Counted from the first letter of the stretch, positions 25,020 through 35,705 are shown. The stretch: DNA of 37,369 nt from Candidatus Thalassarchaeaceae archaeon (GCA_965659915.1 CBFHYB010000003.1:1-37369), one strand, 5' to 3'. Numbers and translations: made by a program. Notes: generated by a model from the sequence alone, not told the origin.

Positions 25020-26759
25020 ATGAGCAAAAATGGACAAATATACAGAATATCTGGACCAGTAGTGACAGCAATTGGATTGAACGCTAAAATGTACGACGTG
25101 GTACGAGTCGGTGATGAAGGCCTAATGGGCGAAGTTATCGAATTACACGGCGAAAAAGCGGTCATTCAAGTGTACGAAGATACCTCGGGTGTACGCCCTG
25201 GTGAACCGGTTACAAATACCGGCCAAACCTTGTCGGTACAGTTGGGACCAGGTTTGTTGACCCAGATTTATGATGGGATTCAGCGACCTCTACCAATTCT
25301 ACTTGAGAAGATGGGTACGTTCATCACCAGAGGTGTTGATGCAGACGGTCTTGACCAAGAGAAAAAGTGGACCTTTGAGCCTACTGCCAAGAAAGGGGAC
25401 AAAGTTGAGGGTGGCCAAGTAGTTGGTACTGTTCAAGAGACTGAAACTATCGCCCACAAAATCATGGTTCCTCCAAACATGAATGGTACAATTAAGAGTA
25501 TCAAGAGTGGCGATTTCACAGTATCAGAAACTGTTTGTGTGCTTGATGATGGTACAGAGATTGCAATGATGCAGCGTTGGCCAGTACGTGCGCCTCGCCC
25601 GTACAAGCAGAAGTATGCGCCAGACACACCTCTAGTGACTGGCATGAGAATTCTTGACTTCTTGTTCCCACTCGCAAAGGGTGGGGCAGCAGGAATCCCT
25701 GGACCATTCGGGTCTGGAAAGACTGTGACCCAACAATCACTAGCAAAGTTCTCCGATGCACAAATTGTGGTTTACATCGGATGCGGTGAGCGTGGTAACG
25801 AGATGACAGAAGTGTTGGATGAGTTCCCTGAACTTATTGACCCTAATACTGGAAAGCCTCTGATGAACAGAACAGTGATGATTGCAAATACTTCTAACAT
25901 GCCGGTAGCGGCTCGTGAAGCATCTGTATACACTGGAATCACAATTGCAGAATATTTCCGTGACATGGGTTACGATGTTGCTCTAATGGCAGATTCTACT
26001 AGCCGCTGGGCAGAAGCAATGCGTGAAATTTCATCACGTCTTGAAGAGATGCCTGGTGAGGAGGGTTACCCTGCTTACCTATCCAGTCGTTTGGCAGAGT
26101 TCTACGAGCGAGCAGGTCGTGTTGAAACCCTTGAGGGTGAAGATGGATCAGTTACAGTAATTGGTGCTGTGTCTCCACCTGGTGGTGACATTTCTGAGCC
26201 TGTCAGTCAAGGAACTCTTCGTATTGTGAAGGTTTTCTGGGGTCTTGATGCACCTCTCGCAAGGCAACGTCACTTCCCAGCAATCAATTGGTTGAACTCC
26301 TATTCTTTGTACCCACAGTCGCTTGACCAGTGGTTCAAAGACAACATCGCTGCTGATTTCCCTGAAGTCAGAACTGAAATCAGCAGTCTGCTTCAGGTTG
26401 AAGCGGAACTGCAAGAAATTGTACAGTTAGTCGGTTCCGATGCACTACCTGTTGACCAACAATTGACTTTAGAAGTTGCAAGAATGATTCGTGAATATTT
26501 CTTGCAGCAAAATGCATTCCACGAGATAGACGCTTTCACAGGTGTGCAACAACAATACCACATGGCAAAGGCAATTCTGACCTTCCAGAGTGAAGCTAAG
26601 AATGCGATTGAAGCCGGTGGAATGCTTGAGGATGTTGTTAACGTTCCAGCACGCAGTAATTTGATGCGCTCAAGATTTGAAGATAATTATCTTGACCGAA
26701 TTGAGGGCTTAGTTGCTGATATGACAAAAGAAATTGCCGCTGCGGCGGAGGAGAATTAA
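25020..26759 (+). CDS. atpA: A-type ATP synthase catalytic subunit A
   Basis: Walker [10 protein letters not shown]; [13 protein letters not shown]; [18 protein letters not shown]; PGGDISEPV. At 579 aa there is no intein-sized insertion. Confidence 0.97.
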   Translation: MSKNGQIYRISGPVVTAIGLNAKMYDVVRVGDEGLMGEVIELHGEKAVIQVYEDTSGVRPGEPVTNTGQTLSVQLGPGLLTQIYDGIQRPLPILLEKMGTFITRGVDADGLDQEKKWTFEPTAKKGDKVEGGQVVGTVQETETIAHKIMVPPNMNGTIKSIKSGDFTVSETVCVLDDGTEIAMMQRWPVRAPRPYKQKYAPDTPLVTGMRILDFLFPLAKGGAAGIPGPFGSGKTVTQQSLAKFSDAQIVVYIGCGERGNEMTEVLDEFPELIDPNTGKPLMNRTVMIANTSNMPVAAREASVYTGITIAEYFRDMGYDVALMADSTSRWAEAMREISSRLEEMPGEEGYPAYLSSRLAEFYERAGRVETLEGEDGSVTVIGAVSPPGGDISEPVSQGTLRIVKVFWGLDAPLARQRHFPAINWLNSYSLYPQSLDQWFKDNIAADFPEVRTEISSLLQVEAELQEIVQLVGSDALPVDQQLTLEVARMIREYFLQQNAFHEIDAFTGVQQQYHMAKAILTFQSEAKNAIEAGGMLEDVVNVPARSNLMRSRFEDNYLDRIEGLVADMTKEIAAAAEEN

Positions 26760-26771
26760 GGGGGAATTTAG

Positions 26772-28154
26772 ATGGCAGGAAAAGAATATCGTACCATTAC
26801 AGACGTTAAGGGACCACTCGTGTTCTTGAACAAGACAGAACCAGTCGCATTCGGAGAAATCGTTGAATTGCGTCTAACAGATGGCAGCATGAAGAACGGA
26901 CAAGTTCTCGACACCAGCGATGATTTGGTGGTTGTACAAGTTTTCGAAGGCACTGCAGGTGTTGATAGAACAACAGGAGTAAAGTTCCTTGGCGATGTAT
27001 TCAAACTACCAGTGAGCAATGACTTAGTTGGAAGAATTCTAGACGGTGCTGGCCGCCCTCGTGACGGTGGTCCAGAAATTATTGCTGATGGTAAAGCAGA
27101 CATTATCGGTGCTGCAATTAATCCATATGCGCGTCAGAGTCCACACGATTTTATCCAGACTGGAATTAGTGCAATTGACTGCTGTACAACTCTTGTACGC
27201 GGACAGAAATTGCCAATCTTCAGTGCATCTGGTCTACCACACAACGATATCGCTCTGCAAATTGCTCGTCAAGCAAAGTTGACAGCAAGCGATGAACAAT
27301 TTATTGTGGTATTCTGTGCAATGGGAATCACAGCGGAAGAATACAATTTCTTCAGAAGCGATTTGGAGCGCACAGGCGCACTAGAAAACGCGGTTCTGTT
27401 CGTCAATCTAGCTGACGACCCAGCGGTTGAGCGACTTATTACACCAAGACTTGCTCTTACAGCAGCAGAGTATCTTGCCTTTGAGCACGATTACCACGTA
27501 CTGGTCATTTACACTGACGTTACAAACTACTGTGACGCACTGCGACAAATTGGGGCTGCTCGAGAAGAAGTTCCAGGACGACGTGGTTACCCGGGTTACA
27601 TGTACACTGACCTAGCAATGTTGTACGAACGTGCAGGATTAGTGAAGGGGAAGAAGGGGTCAATTACTCAATTCCCTATCCTTACCATGCCTGGTGACGA
27701 TATTACCCACCCAATCCCTGACCTTTCAGGATATATTACTGAAGGACAGATTGTAATTTCAAGAGAATTGCATGGAAGTGGTATCTATCCACCAATCAAC
27801 GTACTTCCAAGTTTGTCCCGTCTGATGGGCGGTACAATTGGTGAGAAGACTACCCGCGAGGACCACAAATCGGTTTCTGATCAGATGTATGCTGCATACG
27901 CACAAGGACGTGAATTACGTGGTCTTGTGGCGATTGTCGGTGAAGACGCACTAAATGAGCGTGACAAGCAATTATTGTCTTTCTCAGGATTGTTTGAGGA
28001 CAAATTCCTGCGCCAAGGTCGATACGAAGACCGAAGCATCGATGAAACGCTTGACCTGTGCTGGGAACTAATGTCTACAATTGAGACAAAATACCTAGTC
28101 AGACTTGATCAACAATGGATTGACAAGTATCATCCAAAAGACAAGAAAGAGTGA
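26772..28154 (+). CDS. atpB: A-type ATP synthase subunit B
   Basis: [54 protein letters not shown], and [25 protein letters not shown]. Confidence 0.97.
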   Translation: MAGKEYRTITDVKGPLVFLNKTEPVAFGEIVELRLTDGSMKNGQVLDTSDDLVVVQVFEGTAGVDRTTGVKFLGDVFKLPVSNDLVGRILDGAGRPRDGGPEIIADGKADIIGAAINPYARQSPHDFIQTGISAIDCCTTLVRGQKLPIFSASGLPHNDIALQIARQAKLTASDEQFIVVFCAMGITAEEYNFFRSDLERTGALENAVLFVNLADDPAVERLITPRLALTAAEYLAFEHDYHVLVIYTDVTNYCDALRQIGAAREEVPGRRGYPGYMYTDLAMLYERAGLVKGKKGSITQFPILTMPGDDITHPIPDLSGYITEGQIVISRELHGSGIYPPINVLPSLSRLMGGTIGEKTTREDHKSVSDQMYAAYAQGRELRGLVAIVGEDALNERDKQLLSFSGLFEDKFLRQGRYEDRSIDETLDLCWELMSTIETKYLVRLDQQWIDKYHPKDKKE

Positions 28155-28197
28155 TTTTTGGTAATGAAAACTTAGGATGTAAAAGGGGGATTAGAAC

Positions 28198-28815
28198 ATG
28201 GCATTGGATATCAAACCAACGCGCAGTGAACTGATTAACCTGAAGCGCCGAATTAAGCAGACAGAGAATGGTTACAATTTGTTGAAATTGAAGCGTGATG
28301 GTCTGTTCTATGAATTCCGAGTATTGTTGTCTGAGATGATTGAGGCTAAGCAAGCACTTGTTACAACTTTTATTGAAGCAAAGCAGGCAATCAATCTTGC
28401 AAGTTCTATTGAAGGTGGTTTGGCAGTGAAAAGTGCTGCAATCGCTGTGGCACAGAGCCCTGAGGTTGAGGTTATTCGCCACAACATCATGGGTGTTGTA
28501 GTTCCTAAAGTCGAAGGCAAGTACCTATCTCAAACATTGCAAGAACGTGGTCTTGGGTTGATTGGAGGCTCACCTTACTTGGATGAGGCTGCTGATTCTT
28601 ACGGCACACTAATTGAGAGCATTGTCAAAGCTGCAGAAATGGAATCTACGCTCAAGCGACTGCTTGTTGAGATTGAAGCAACCAAGCGCCGTGTAAACGC
28701 TCTTGAGTTCAAAGTAATTCCAGAGATGCTAGAAGCACAAGTATTCATTCAACTCCGACTTGAAGAGATGGAAAGAGAGGAAACTTTCCGCCTAAAGCGA
28801 TTCAAGAACAAGTGA
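28198..28815 (+). CDS. atpD: A-type ATP synthase subunit D (central stalk)
   Basis: IKPTRSELINLKRRIK at the N-terminus and ATKRRVNALEFKVIPEM near the C-terminus. It is the last gene of the operon. Confidence 0.92.
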   Translation: MALDIKPTRSELINLKRRIKQTENGYNLLKLKRDGLFYEFRVLLSEMIEAKQALVTTFIEAKQAINLASSIEGGLAVKSAAIAVAQSPEVEVIRHNIMGVVVPKVEGKYLSQTLQERGLGLIGGSPYLDEAADSYGTLIESIVKAAEMESTLKRLLVEIEATKRRVNALEFKVIPEMLEAQVFIQLRLEEMEREETFRLKRFKNK

Positions 28816-28834
28816 TTCGCTTCTCAAGAATAGG

Positions 28835-28867
28835 TTTTTTGACAACTTTTCCACTCTTACAGAGTGG
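28835..28867 (+). terminator. Oligo-T tract (28835-28840) followed by a 7-bp hairpin CCACTCT-tac-AGAGTGG (28851-28867) after atpD
   Basis: Read directly. It sits 20 nt after the operon's last stop codon. Confidence 0.4.
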
Positions 28868-28924
28868 ATTAATTGGTCAAGGGTTGATACGGCATGAGCC
28901 TTCCCGCTGTTGTGGAGGTAGTGC

Positions 28925-31498
28925 ATGTCTGAGGATGAGGAGCAACTCAAACCACTCTTGCTTCAGAAGAAAGCATGGGGTAATCTTGAACTTCTTGAAC
29001 ACATAATCGATCGTCATTTCAGACGGTTGAGGGATGAACTCGGTCCTTTTCCATCTTGGCAAGTAACCCCTCTTGATGGAAGCGTTAGTGAATCAGTATC
29101 GCAATTAGATGAGCATTTACGCAATCATGGGTGGAGGGCCATGATTGATGTTGGAGAACCTTATGTTCTGACTCTCATTGATTTGCCAGATGATAGACAT
29201 CCAGAGCAATCACCCTTAGTGCAAACATTATTTTGGGTTTTAGCAACTATGTTTAGCCTAGCTCTTGGAGCGGCCTGGTTAGCATATCAGGATAGCAGTG
29301 TAAATTGGTATGATTCCGCAGTGTTGCAATCCTCAGCGATTTATTTCTGTGCACCACTGATGGCTGTGATAGGACTTACTTCAGTAATCAGAAAAAATAT
29401 TTTTCAGAAGCATGGGGTTGATGCTGGCAACTTTTTAGTGGCAATTTCTCCAATTATGTTTGTCAGTACTAAATCAGTCATCATTTGGCCGTTTGGCTTA
29501 TTTTTCTTAATGAATCAAAGATTCATGCAGACCGTTGCGTGGGCAAATCGTCGAGGCATGTTGATTTCAGGAGTTGTAACTCCGTTTTGTTTCATCATTT
29601 CAGGTCTAATTTTTTCAGTTGTTGGAATCCTAATGACAGCAAATAACTCTGTTGATTTCATTGGCGCGCCAGCAATAATACAACTCAATTCAATCACTCA
29701 TCTTATCGTATCTTTCTTCATCACCCCAGAAGAAATCGCGGTTCGTACTGTTTGGTTACATCCGCTAGCATTAGCAGGTCAGTCATTGATGACATTTGGT
29801 TGGATTCTATTATTGCCAATTCCTGGATTCCCCGGTTACCGATTGCTATGGGCGATTTTTGGCAGAGAAACGATGACCGATTCTAGTACTGAATTTGCTC
29901 TTTATGGTGTATTTTTGTTTGCTGGCGTGATTATTTTACTCACTTCAGGATACATTCCATGGTTAATCGTTATTTCACTTGGAGTTTGGCGGATGTTTAG
30001 TGAACAATCTATTACTTCAGCTGGTCTAATTGTTGATGAAGTAACTGAATTAGATAATAGATACGGATTTCGTGTTTTCACTAGTGTTGCCTTCGCTCTG
30101 ATGCTCACTTTCCCTGGGTTAGCAGCGGTTGCTCCTTACGAAAATTGGGAGGAAGGTTTGGCCCTTGATTGGGTTGAAGAGTTGGACTTACAGGTTGACG
30201 AAGAATGGTCACACACACTTGATTTTGAGATGGTGGGAATTTCACAACGATTCGTGCAAGTATCGGTTTGGGCTGACCCGCCAAGACCGGATTGGGATCT
30301 AGAAATAGAGTGTGGGCCTCGGAATGTAGCGTTGCCTACAACATGCGATATCGGCAATGTTGATTTGTTAAATGATGGCAAAGCGACTTTATCAGCATCA
30401 ATTTCTAACAACAGCACAATGTTGTTGCCCACTGTTTTACATTTTATCGTTGATGCAGATTCAGAAAGATCGGTTAAAACCATCACTTTGAATCCCGAAA
30501 CAGTAGTTTCACCAATTCAAGCACATTGGCAACTTGAGCCTACATTCGATGGTCTACTAGCGTGTGCAAATCTCACTTTTAGTAATCAGCAAATAACAGG
30601 AAATCTCTCAACTCCAACCCTTCTTTGGAGCGTAACAACTCCAACGAATGGGATTTTCACCTCAGATAGTGAGCCAGAAATTTGTTTGAGCGGACCTAAT
30701 CATGGCAGGATGGTTCTCGAATCTGACGACTTCGGACAGATTTTACCTCTATCATTCATCAGTGATGAAGGAGAGGAATTTGAGTGGCCACTGAGATTAC
30801 AGAATCCAACGTATGCTCTACCCATACCCTCTGAAGGTTGGTGGTTAGATGGCAAATCTGAGCAAACCCCTTCTTGGTTGACTGCAGGAAACCATGTGGC
30901 ATGGGGTGAAGGGAATGAAATTTGCACTAATATTGCCCGTGAGCCTGGTCTAGTAGATGGCGTGCTGACTTGGAATGTTGAAACTAGGGACGAGGTCATT
31001 ATTCCGGATGTCAATGGTACAAATCAGATGCATTTCACTCCACCGATTGGAGGCGTAGTGTCGGCTTGTGATGGTGATATGATTCCTCCTTTACAGGAAA
31101 ATTTCACGACAGCTTCGGGGCCAAGTTTAGCATTGCGGTTTGGAGATGAAGTCACTTGGGCCTGGGTTGACAGGCCACTGGCGAGTGGAGAATGGGAGTT
31201 AATGAATCTTGGAAACACCTCAATTGTAATTGTCACTATGAGTCACCATGACCTAGATGATACAGAGACAGGATGGGCTGATTCATCAGGTGTGACAATA
31301 CCGCCGGGAGGTTCAGTGCAACTGAATTTGACTCAGACTTTTGACTCAAATGATGTATTGCAAGTCGCTTGGCTTTCTTTGCATGAAGAATCAGGTATCA
31401 CAGATTCAATCAGGCTGAATTTCGGCTCATGGTGTCATCAGGGCGCTGATATTGACCACAGTGATGGCCAAGTTGAATGCGTTATTTCGGAGGGTTGA
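28925..31498 (+). CDS. Large polytopic membrane protein: site-2-protease (M50)-like membrane core with active-site motifs substituted, fused to a ~460-aa extracytoplasmic C-terminal domain
   Basis: GGAGGT lies 5 nt before the ATG. About 8 TM segments. SLALGAAWLA occupies the position of the M50 HELGH helix. WILLLPIPGFPGYRLLWAIFG occupies the position of NLLPxxPLDGG. The C-terminal half is non-hydrophobic, Cys-containing, and carries several N-x-S/T sequons. Confidence 0.6.
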   Translation: MSEDEEQLKPLLLQKKAWGNLELLEHIIDRHFRRLRDELGPFPSWQVTPLDGSVSESVSQLDEHLRNHGWRAMIDVGEPYVLTLIDLPDDRHPEQSPLVQTLFWVLATMFSLALGAAWLAYQDSSVNWYDSAVLQSSAIYFCAPLMAVIGLTSVIRKNIFQKHGVDAGNFLVAISPIMFVSTKSVIIWPFGLFFLMNQRFMQTVAWANRRGMLISGVVTPFCFIISGLIFSVVGILMTANNSVDFIGAPAIIQLNSITHLIVSFFITPEEIAVRTVWLHPLALAGQSLMTFGWILLLPIPGFPGYRLLWAIFGRETMTDSSTEFALYGVFLFAGVIILLTSGYIPWLIVISLGVWRMFSEQSITSAGLIVDEVTELDNRYGFRVFTSVAFALMLTFPGLAAVAPYENWEEGLALDWVEELDLQVDEEWSHTLDFEMVGISQRFVQVSVWADPPRPDWDLEIECGPRNVALPTTCDIGNVDLLNDGKATLSASISNNSTMLLPTVLHFIVDADSERSVKTITLNPETVVSPIQAHWQLEPTFDGLLACANLTFSNQQITGNLSTPTLLWSVTTPTNGIFTSDSEPEICLSGPNHGRMVLESDDFGQILPLSFISDEGEEFEWPLRLQNPTYALPIPSEGWWLDGKSEQTPSWLTAGNHVAWGEGNEICTNIAREPGLVDGVLTWNVETRDEVIIPDVNGTNQMHFTPPIGGVVSACDGDMIPPLQENFTTASGPSLALRFGDEVTWAWVDRPLASGEWELMNLGNTSIVIVTMSHHDLDDTETGWADSSGVTIPPGGSVQLNLTQTFDSNDVLQVAWLSLHEESGITDSIRLNFGSWCHQGADIDHSDGQVECVISEG

Positions 31499-31500
31499 AT

Positions 31501-32454
31501 TTGCGAGTAGCAATACTTGGAGTCGGAGCAATTGGTTCTGTAATTGCCTCATCCCTTGCAAAAACAGATGCCGACCTTATCCTCTACTCACGAGGTTCAC
31601 AGAGTGCTGCTTTGGCATCAACTGGGATAATTTTAACGACTATTGATGGCGATGTTGAGCATCATCAACCAGATCGCTGGGTAGTTTCAGATTTAGAAAT
31701 AATTGAGCCACTCTACAGTTGCGCTGATATTGCGATCATCTGTGGTAAATCGAACTCAACACCTGCTTTAGCCATCGCCGCTGAGATACTTTTGCGGCCG
31801 AATGGGATAGCGATTAGTGTGCAGAATGGCATGGGTCATGCGGAGAGATTAGTGGCCCGACTTGGTAAACATCGAGTGTTGGCTGGTTGCACAACACATG
31901 CGGCTATGAGGCTTGGTCCAGGTGAGGTACAATGGACTGGTCTTGGTGCGGTACGGCTTGCATCTCTTGACGAATCAGACCTTACTCCTGATGACAGGAG
32001 GGTGGACGATTTGCTATACTTATTGGGTATGTCAGGGTTGAACCCAGAATGGGAATTTGATTGTGCTGAGATGCTTTGGCAGAAACTTCTGATAAATGTG
32101 GCAATCAATCCTTTGGCAGCAATTTGTGGTGTCAAAAATGGCGAGTTGCTGTCGCGTCCAGATTTGCATGAGCAAGCGCTTTCAGCAATGTTAGAAGCAG
32201 CTCAAGTGGCAACCGCAGAAGGTGTTGACATGTCTTTCTTTGATTGTGAGGCCGAACTGAAAAGAGTACTTGAGGCTACAGCGGCTAACCGTTGTTCAAT
32301 GTTACAGGATGTAATGGCTGGGAGAATAACCGAGATTGACTCACTTTGTGGAGAGGTTGTTAGGCGGGGCGAGGAATTAGGGATTCCAACGCCGTTGAAT
32401 CAACAGTTGTTGACGCTTGTCAAAGGAATTGAGCATTCAACAAGAACCGAGTGA
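31501..32454 (+). CDS. panE: 2-dehydropantoate 2-reductase (ketopantoate reductase)
   Basis: RVAILGVGAIGSVIA Rossmann start, WQKLLINVAINPL, and SMLQDVMAGRITEIDSLCGEVVRRGEELGIPTPLNQ. The TTG at 31501 is 6 nt after GGAGGG and directly follows the upstream stop. The track's ATG at 31477 is the alternative. Confidence 0.88.
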   Translation: MRVAILGVGAIGSVIASSLAKTDADLILYSRGSQSAALASTGIILTTIDGDVEHHQPDRWVVSDLEIIEPLYSCADIAIICGKSNSTPALAIAAEILLRPNGIAISVQNGMGHAERLVARLGKHRVLAGCTTHAAMRLGPGEVQWTGLGAVRLASLDESDLTPDDRRVDDLLYLLGMSGLNPEWEFDCAEMLWQKLLINVAINPLAAICGVKNGELLSRPDLHEQALSAMLEAAQVATAEGVDMSFFDCEAELKRVLEATAANRCSMLQDVMAGRITEIDSLCGEVVRRGEELGIPTPLNQQLLTLVKGIEHSTRTE

Positions 32455-32472
32455 CTGAGGCGCTGCTCAGTC
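32453..32472. terminator. 7-bp hairpin GACTGAG-gcgctg-CTCAGTC between convergent panE and the NTF2-like gene
   Basis: Read directly. It overlaps the panE stop codon. No T-tract, so its function is uncertain. Confidence 0.25.
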
Positions 32473-32485
32473 CGTACCCCTTGAT

Positions 32486-32806
32486 TCAAGGCAGCGCCGT
32501 AGCGCCTGTTTCAGTAGAGATAATCACTCCATCTTTAATCCGATGAACCGACAACACCGCTTCAGGTGTTGAACCGTTAGCGAAAGTCACAAACGCATGT
32601 TCTATACCAATTTCCTCATTTTCGTAAATCACTCGATTTTTAGTTCGTGTGAATGAACCACTCATAGCCCAACCGATAATATCCGCCTTTGCTAATACAA
32701 TACCATCAAGATGCATGACAAATTTGTAATCATCAGACACTAACTCGTTAAGCACTTCTTCGTTCTTATTATCAACCGCTTGCATGAATCTTTCAATAAC
32801 AGACAT
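32486..32806 (-). CDS. NTF2/SnoaL-like small protein
   Basis: 106 aa. The pattern IERFMQAVDNKNEEVLNELVSDDYKFV...H..IKDG is typical of SnoaL-like cone folds. The call rests on pattern only. Confidence 0.5.
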   Translation of the reverse strand: MSVIERFMQAVDNKNEEVLNELVSDDYKFVMHLDGIVLAKADIIGWAMSGSFTRTKNRVIYENEEIGIEHAFVTFANGSTPEAVLSVHRIKDGVIISTETGATALP

Positions 32807-32865
32807 ATTCAGACCTCTTTAGGTATCTCCACCGACTATTCCTCATCTATTTCAAAGGTTAGCAT

Positions 32866-34506
32866 CTAGGTAAGGTCAAGGTTGTAGTGAAGCCCAACAT
32901 TCACTTTTCTAGCCAAAGAAGCAGCCATTATCATCTGTGCTAATTGCACCATATTTCTCAACTCAACAATTTCCCTTGAAGGCAGACAACGTCGCCAAAT
33001 GCGTTCAACTTCTTCATTGAGTAAGGCTAATCTTCTCTGTGCTCTTTTCATTCTCCAGTTACTCTTCACTAGACCGAGGTCATCGCTCATGGTGGAGCGT
33101 AGTTGTGCTCGGTCATGCACCAAAGGCGCGTGTTCCTCTAAGTCTGCAAGTCCATCAGCTCGCCATTCAGGTAGGCTGGTTTTTTCTTGTGCCGCGGTCG
33201 CTAACCACTCAAGCACCCTAACCCCTGATCGGTGGGAGAATACCACAGCCTCAAGCAATGAGTTGCTGGCCAGTCGGTTTGCCCCGTGAAGTCCTGTGCA
33301 AGCAGTTTCGCCAATAGCAAATAATCCGTCGACTAATCTGTCACTTTTCGTACTAAATGTCGGGTCATCAGAGTTGAGGTCACGCTGCCAAACTTCTCCC
33401 CACTCATTAACCGCTAATCCTCCTACAATGTAGTGTGCGGCTGGCGCCACAGGGATCGCATCAATGCCGATTTTTAAGCCGTTTTTGAGCATTTCATTGG
33501 CTATATTAGGGAACCTTGATGCAAGATGTGCAGCATCTAAATGCTCTGTCACTAACAATACATGATGGCGGCCACTGCGTTTCAATTCAGTATCAATAGC
33601 CCTCGCGACAATGTCGCGGGTTGCAAGACTTCCTCGAGCATCAGTTTGGCGCATAAATGAGAAATCGTTTGGGTCAGCGGAAGAGTCTGTTTGTTTTGCT
33701 TGATGCCAGTTGTCAAGGTCTTCTGCAGTCATCAAGACTGCGCCATCCCCTCTTACTGCCTCTGAAATTAGGAATGGGTTTGAATCTCCATTACTATAGG
33801 CAGTTGGATGGAATTGCGCGAATTCTAGGTCGGCAACAGCAGCGCCTGCTCTGACGGCCATAGTGATTCCATCTCCTGTTGCCACCGATGGATTGGTTGT
33901 GTGTCGCCATAATTGTCCAGCGCCTCCAGTAGCGATTAGAACAGCGCGGCTAGGTAAAGTGAAAACAGATCCATCAGAATTGAGACACCAAAGGCCGGCG
34001 ATTTTTCTTTCATCAGAATCACGGTCATCTAAAATGAGGTCAAGAGCAAGGCAATCTTCGTAGATTGTAATTCTCTCCTCCGAGCGACAGGAAGCAATCA
34101 GTGCACGCTCTATTTCAGCCCCTGTCGCATCTTTTGTGTGTAGAATCCTACGTTCTTGGTGTCCACCTTCCATTGCTAAGTCATAATCACCAGTCTCTTC
34201 TTTGTCAAAATTGACCCCTTCGTTCACTAGGTCTTGAATTCTGGCCGCTGCTTCTTTTACGACCATACGGACAATTCTCTCATCTCCAATCCCTGCTCCA
34301 GCCTCTAGAGTGTCACGGATGTGGGCATCAACTGCTTCTGAGTCATTAGTGTCAAGAACCCCTGCAATACCCCCCTGGGCTCGATTGGTTGAAGAGTCTG
34401 AAAGCCGTTGTTTAGTTACTAGTGCAACGTTTTGTCCAGCCCGCGCACAACGGGTTGCGACAAAGAGACCCGCGATACCTGAGCCGACTATGGTTACATC
34501 TACCAT
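32866..34506 (-). CDS. nadB: L-aspartate oxidase
   Basis: VTIVGSGIAGL FAD fold, TNRAQGGIAGVL, FAQFHPTA, VGGLAVNEWGE, FAIGETACTGLHGANRLASNSLLEAVVF. Confidence 0.95.
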   Translation of the reverse strand: MVDVTIVGSGIAGLFVATRCARAGQNVALVTKQRLSDSSTNRAQGGIAGVLDTNDSEAVDAHIRDTLEAGAGIGDERIVRMVVKEAAARIQDLVNEGVNFDKEETGDYDLAMEGGHQERRILHTKDATGAEIERALIASCRSEERITIYEDCLALDLILDDRDSDERKIAGLWCLNSDGSVFTLPSRAVLIATGGAGQLWRHTTNPSVATGDGITMAVRAGAAVADLEFAQFHPTAYSNGDSNPFLISEAVRGDGAVLMTAEDLDNWHQAKQTDSSADPNDFSFMRQTDARGSLATRDIVARAIDTELKRSGRHHVLLVTEHLDAAHLASRFPNIANEMLKNGLKIGIDAIPVAPAAHYIVGGLAVNEWGEVWQRDLNSDDPTFSTKSDRLVDGLFAIGETACTGLHGANRLASNSLLEAVVFSHRSGVRVLEWLATAAQEKTSLPEWRADGLADLEEHAPLVHDRAQLRSTMSDDLGLVKSNWRMKRAQRRLALLNEEVERIWRRCLPSREIVELRNMVQLAQMIMAASLARKVNVGLHYNLDLT

Positions 34507-34647
34507 ACAGAGGCCTCCGGGTCATCGCCTCAAACCCATATGAATTGAAGGTTGCTCTTCGGATTTTTAAATTCGGGTGCAGGAGAGTTGTGTTTCACTC
34601 CCCATATTACACAACTACTAACAATCTCCGGCGGCTCCTTATCAATT

Positions 34648-35454
34648 GTGACAAAGGCGAAGCCGTTGATACTCGCCATCGTCGGAGTCCTTCTGTTGTC
34701 ATTTGTGGTTTACAATGTGGAAGTTGGGTTATACTACTTCCAGTATCCAGACCAATTAGTCCATTACAAAATGGAAATTATTGAAATTATCTCTGGTAAT
34801 TGTGATAGGGAAGTCATCAATGCTGATTTGGCAGACCATCAGAGCAATCAATGCCTATCTCCTTTAGGAACATATTATGCAATTGATGTGATCATTGCAG
34901 CAATTGGATTCGTCTTTTCAATATCAGCACCAATAGCTGCATTGAAGCAATCTGGAAAATTAAAGATTTCACGAGGTTGGTCAAAAAACATGGCTCGAAT
35001 TCGTTTGGTTTTTGGCGTCAGTTTGGTGACAATTGCAGTTTCAGATGCTATGGGGTTGCTAACAACCGAGGGACAACCTCTTGATTGGGCACTGGTTCTA
35101 GGGATACCAATGCCTGCATTCATGGTTGAAGTTGCGCTCCTCATATTGGGGGTCATGGTCATCAAAAAGGCTGTACGACGTCTCAAGTCAAAGCCGAAGT
35201 CAGAATTTGTGGAACCATGGCAAATGGCAGGGGCAGGTAGTTTCCGAGGTTCTCTTGAAAAGAAGGAAAAGAGTGCCAACAAAGGGGGCGTTATGACCGT
35301 TGGCGACCTTCGTTCTGCACTATCACTAGATCAGTATGAGGATATTTTCCAACTTGGTACTAGTTCAGGTGATGAGATGTCAGTTGGTCGCATGTGTCAT
35401 TACTGTAATGGCCAAGGCTGTACACAATGTGATTTCAAAGGCGAATTCATGTGA
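34648..35454 (+). CDS. Hypothetical multi-pass membrane protein with C-terminal CxxCxGxG-CxxC zinc knuckle
   Basis: The GTG at 34648 gives a classic N-terminus, M-TKAKPLILAIVGVLLLSFVVY (the track start TTG at 34552 is the alternative). There are four or more hydrophobic segments. The basic cytoplasmic tail ends in CHYCNGQGCTQCDFKG. Confidence 0.55.
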   Translation: MTKAKPLILAIVGVLLLSFVVYNVEVGLYYFQYPDQLVHYKMEIIEIISGNCDREVINADLADHQSNQCLSPLGTYYAIDVIIAAIGFVFSISAPIAALKQSGKLKISRGWSKNMARIRLVFGVSLVTIAVSDAMGLLTTEGQPLDWALVLGIPMPAFMVEVALLILGVMVIKKAVRRLKSKPKSEFVEPWQMAGAGSFRGSLEKKEKSANKGGVMTVGDLRSALSLDQYEDIFQLGTSSGDEMSVGRMCHYCNGQGCTQCDFKGEFM

Positions 35455-35705
35455 GATGGTTGATTTTACCTAGCAAGACTCAATTTATTTTCAATTTCCT
35501 AACTGTAGTGTGATAACGAACTACACAGAAAACTGTTTTCTCCTGCTAATAATGAGAGTTATTGATAGAATCTATGAAACGCTTGACGGCGCTTAAGTCG
35601 GGGTCTTGAAACCGCCCTCCCGCGCGTGACAGACCACCATCATTTATAGCCCCTTGAAATCCCCCGAAGAATTCGTAGTCGCTTTTCGCGGCCAAAAAGC
35701 AGGGG

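Noticed and set aside
25020-26759. Possible intein in atpA, as in some Thermoplasmata and Pyrococcus, or in rpa
   Set aside because: AtpA is 579 aa and continuous through the P-loop region. No Cys/Ser-initiated insertion or HN-terminal splice block is present.
35455-35705. Replication origin in the long spacer before smc
   Set aside because: There is no adjacent orc1/cdc6, no ORB-like dyad with a G-string, and no AT-rich unwinding element. There are only two short direct repeats.
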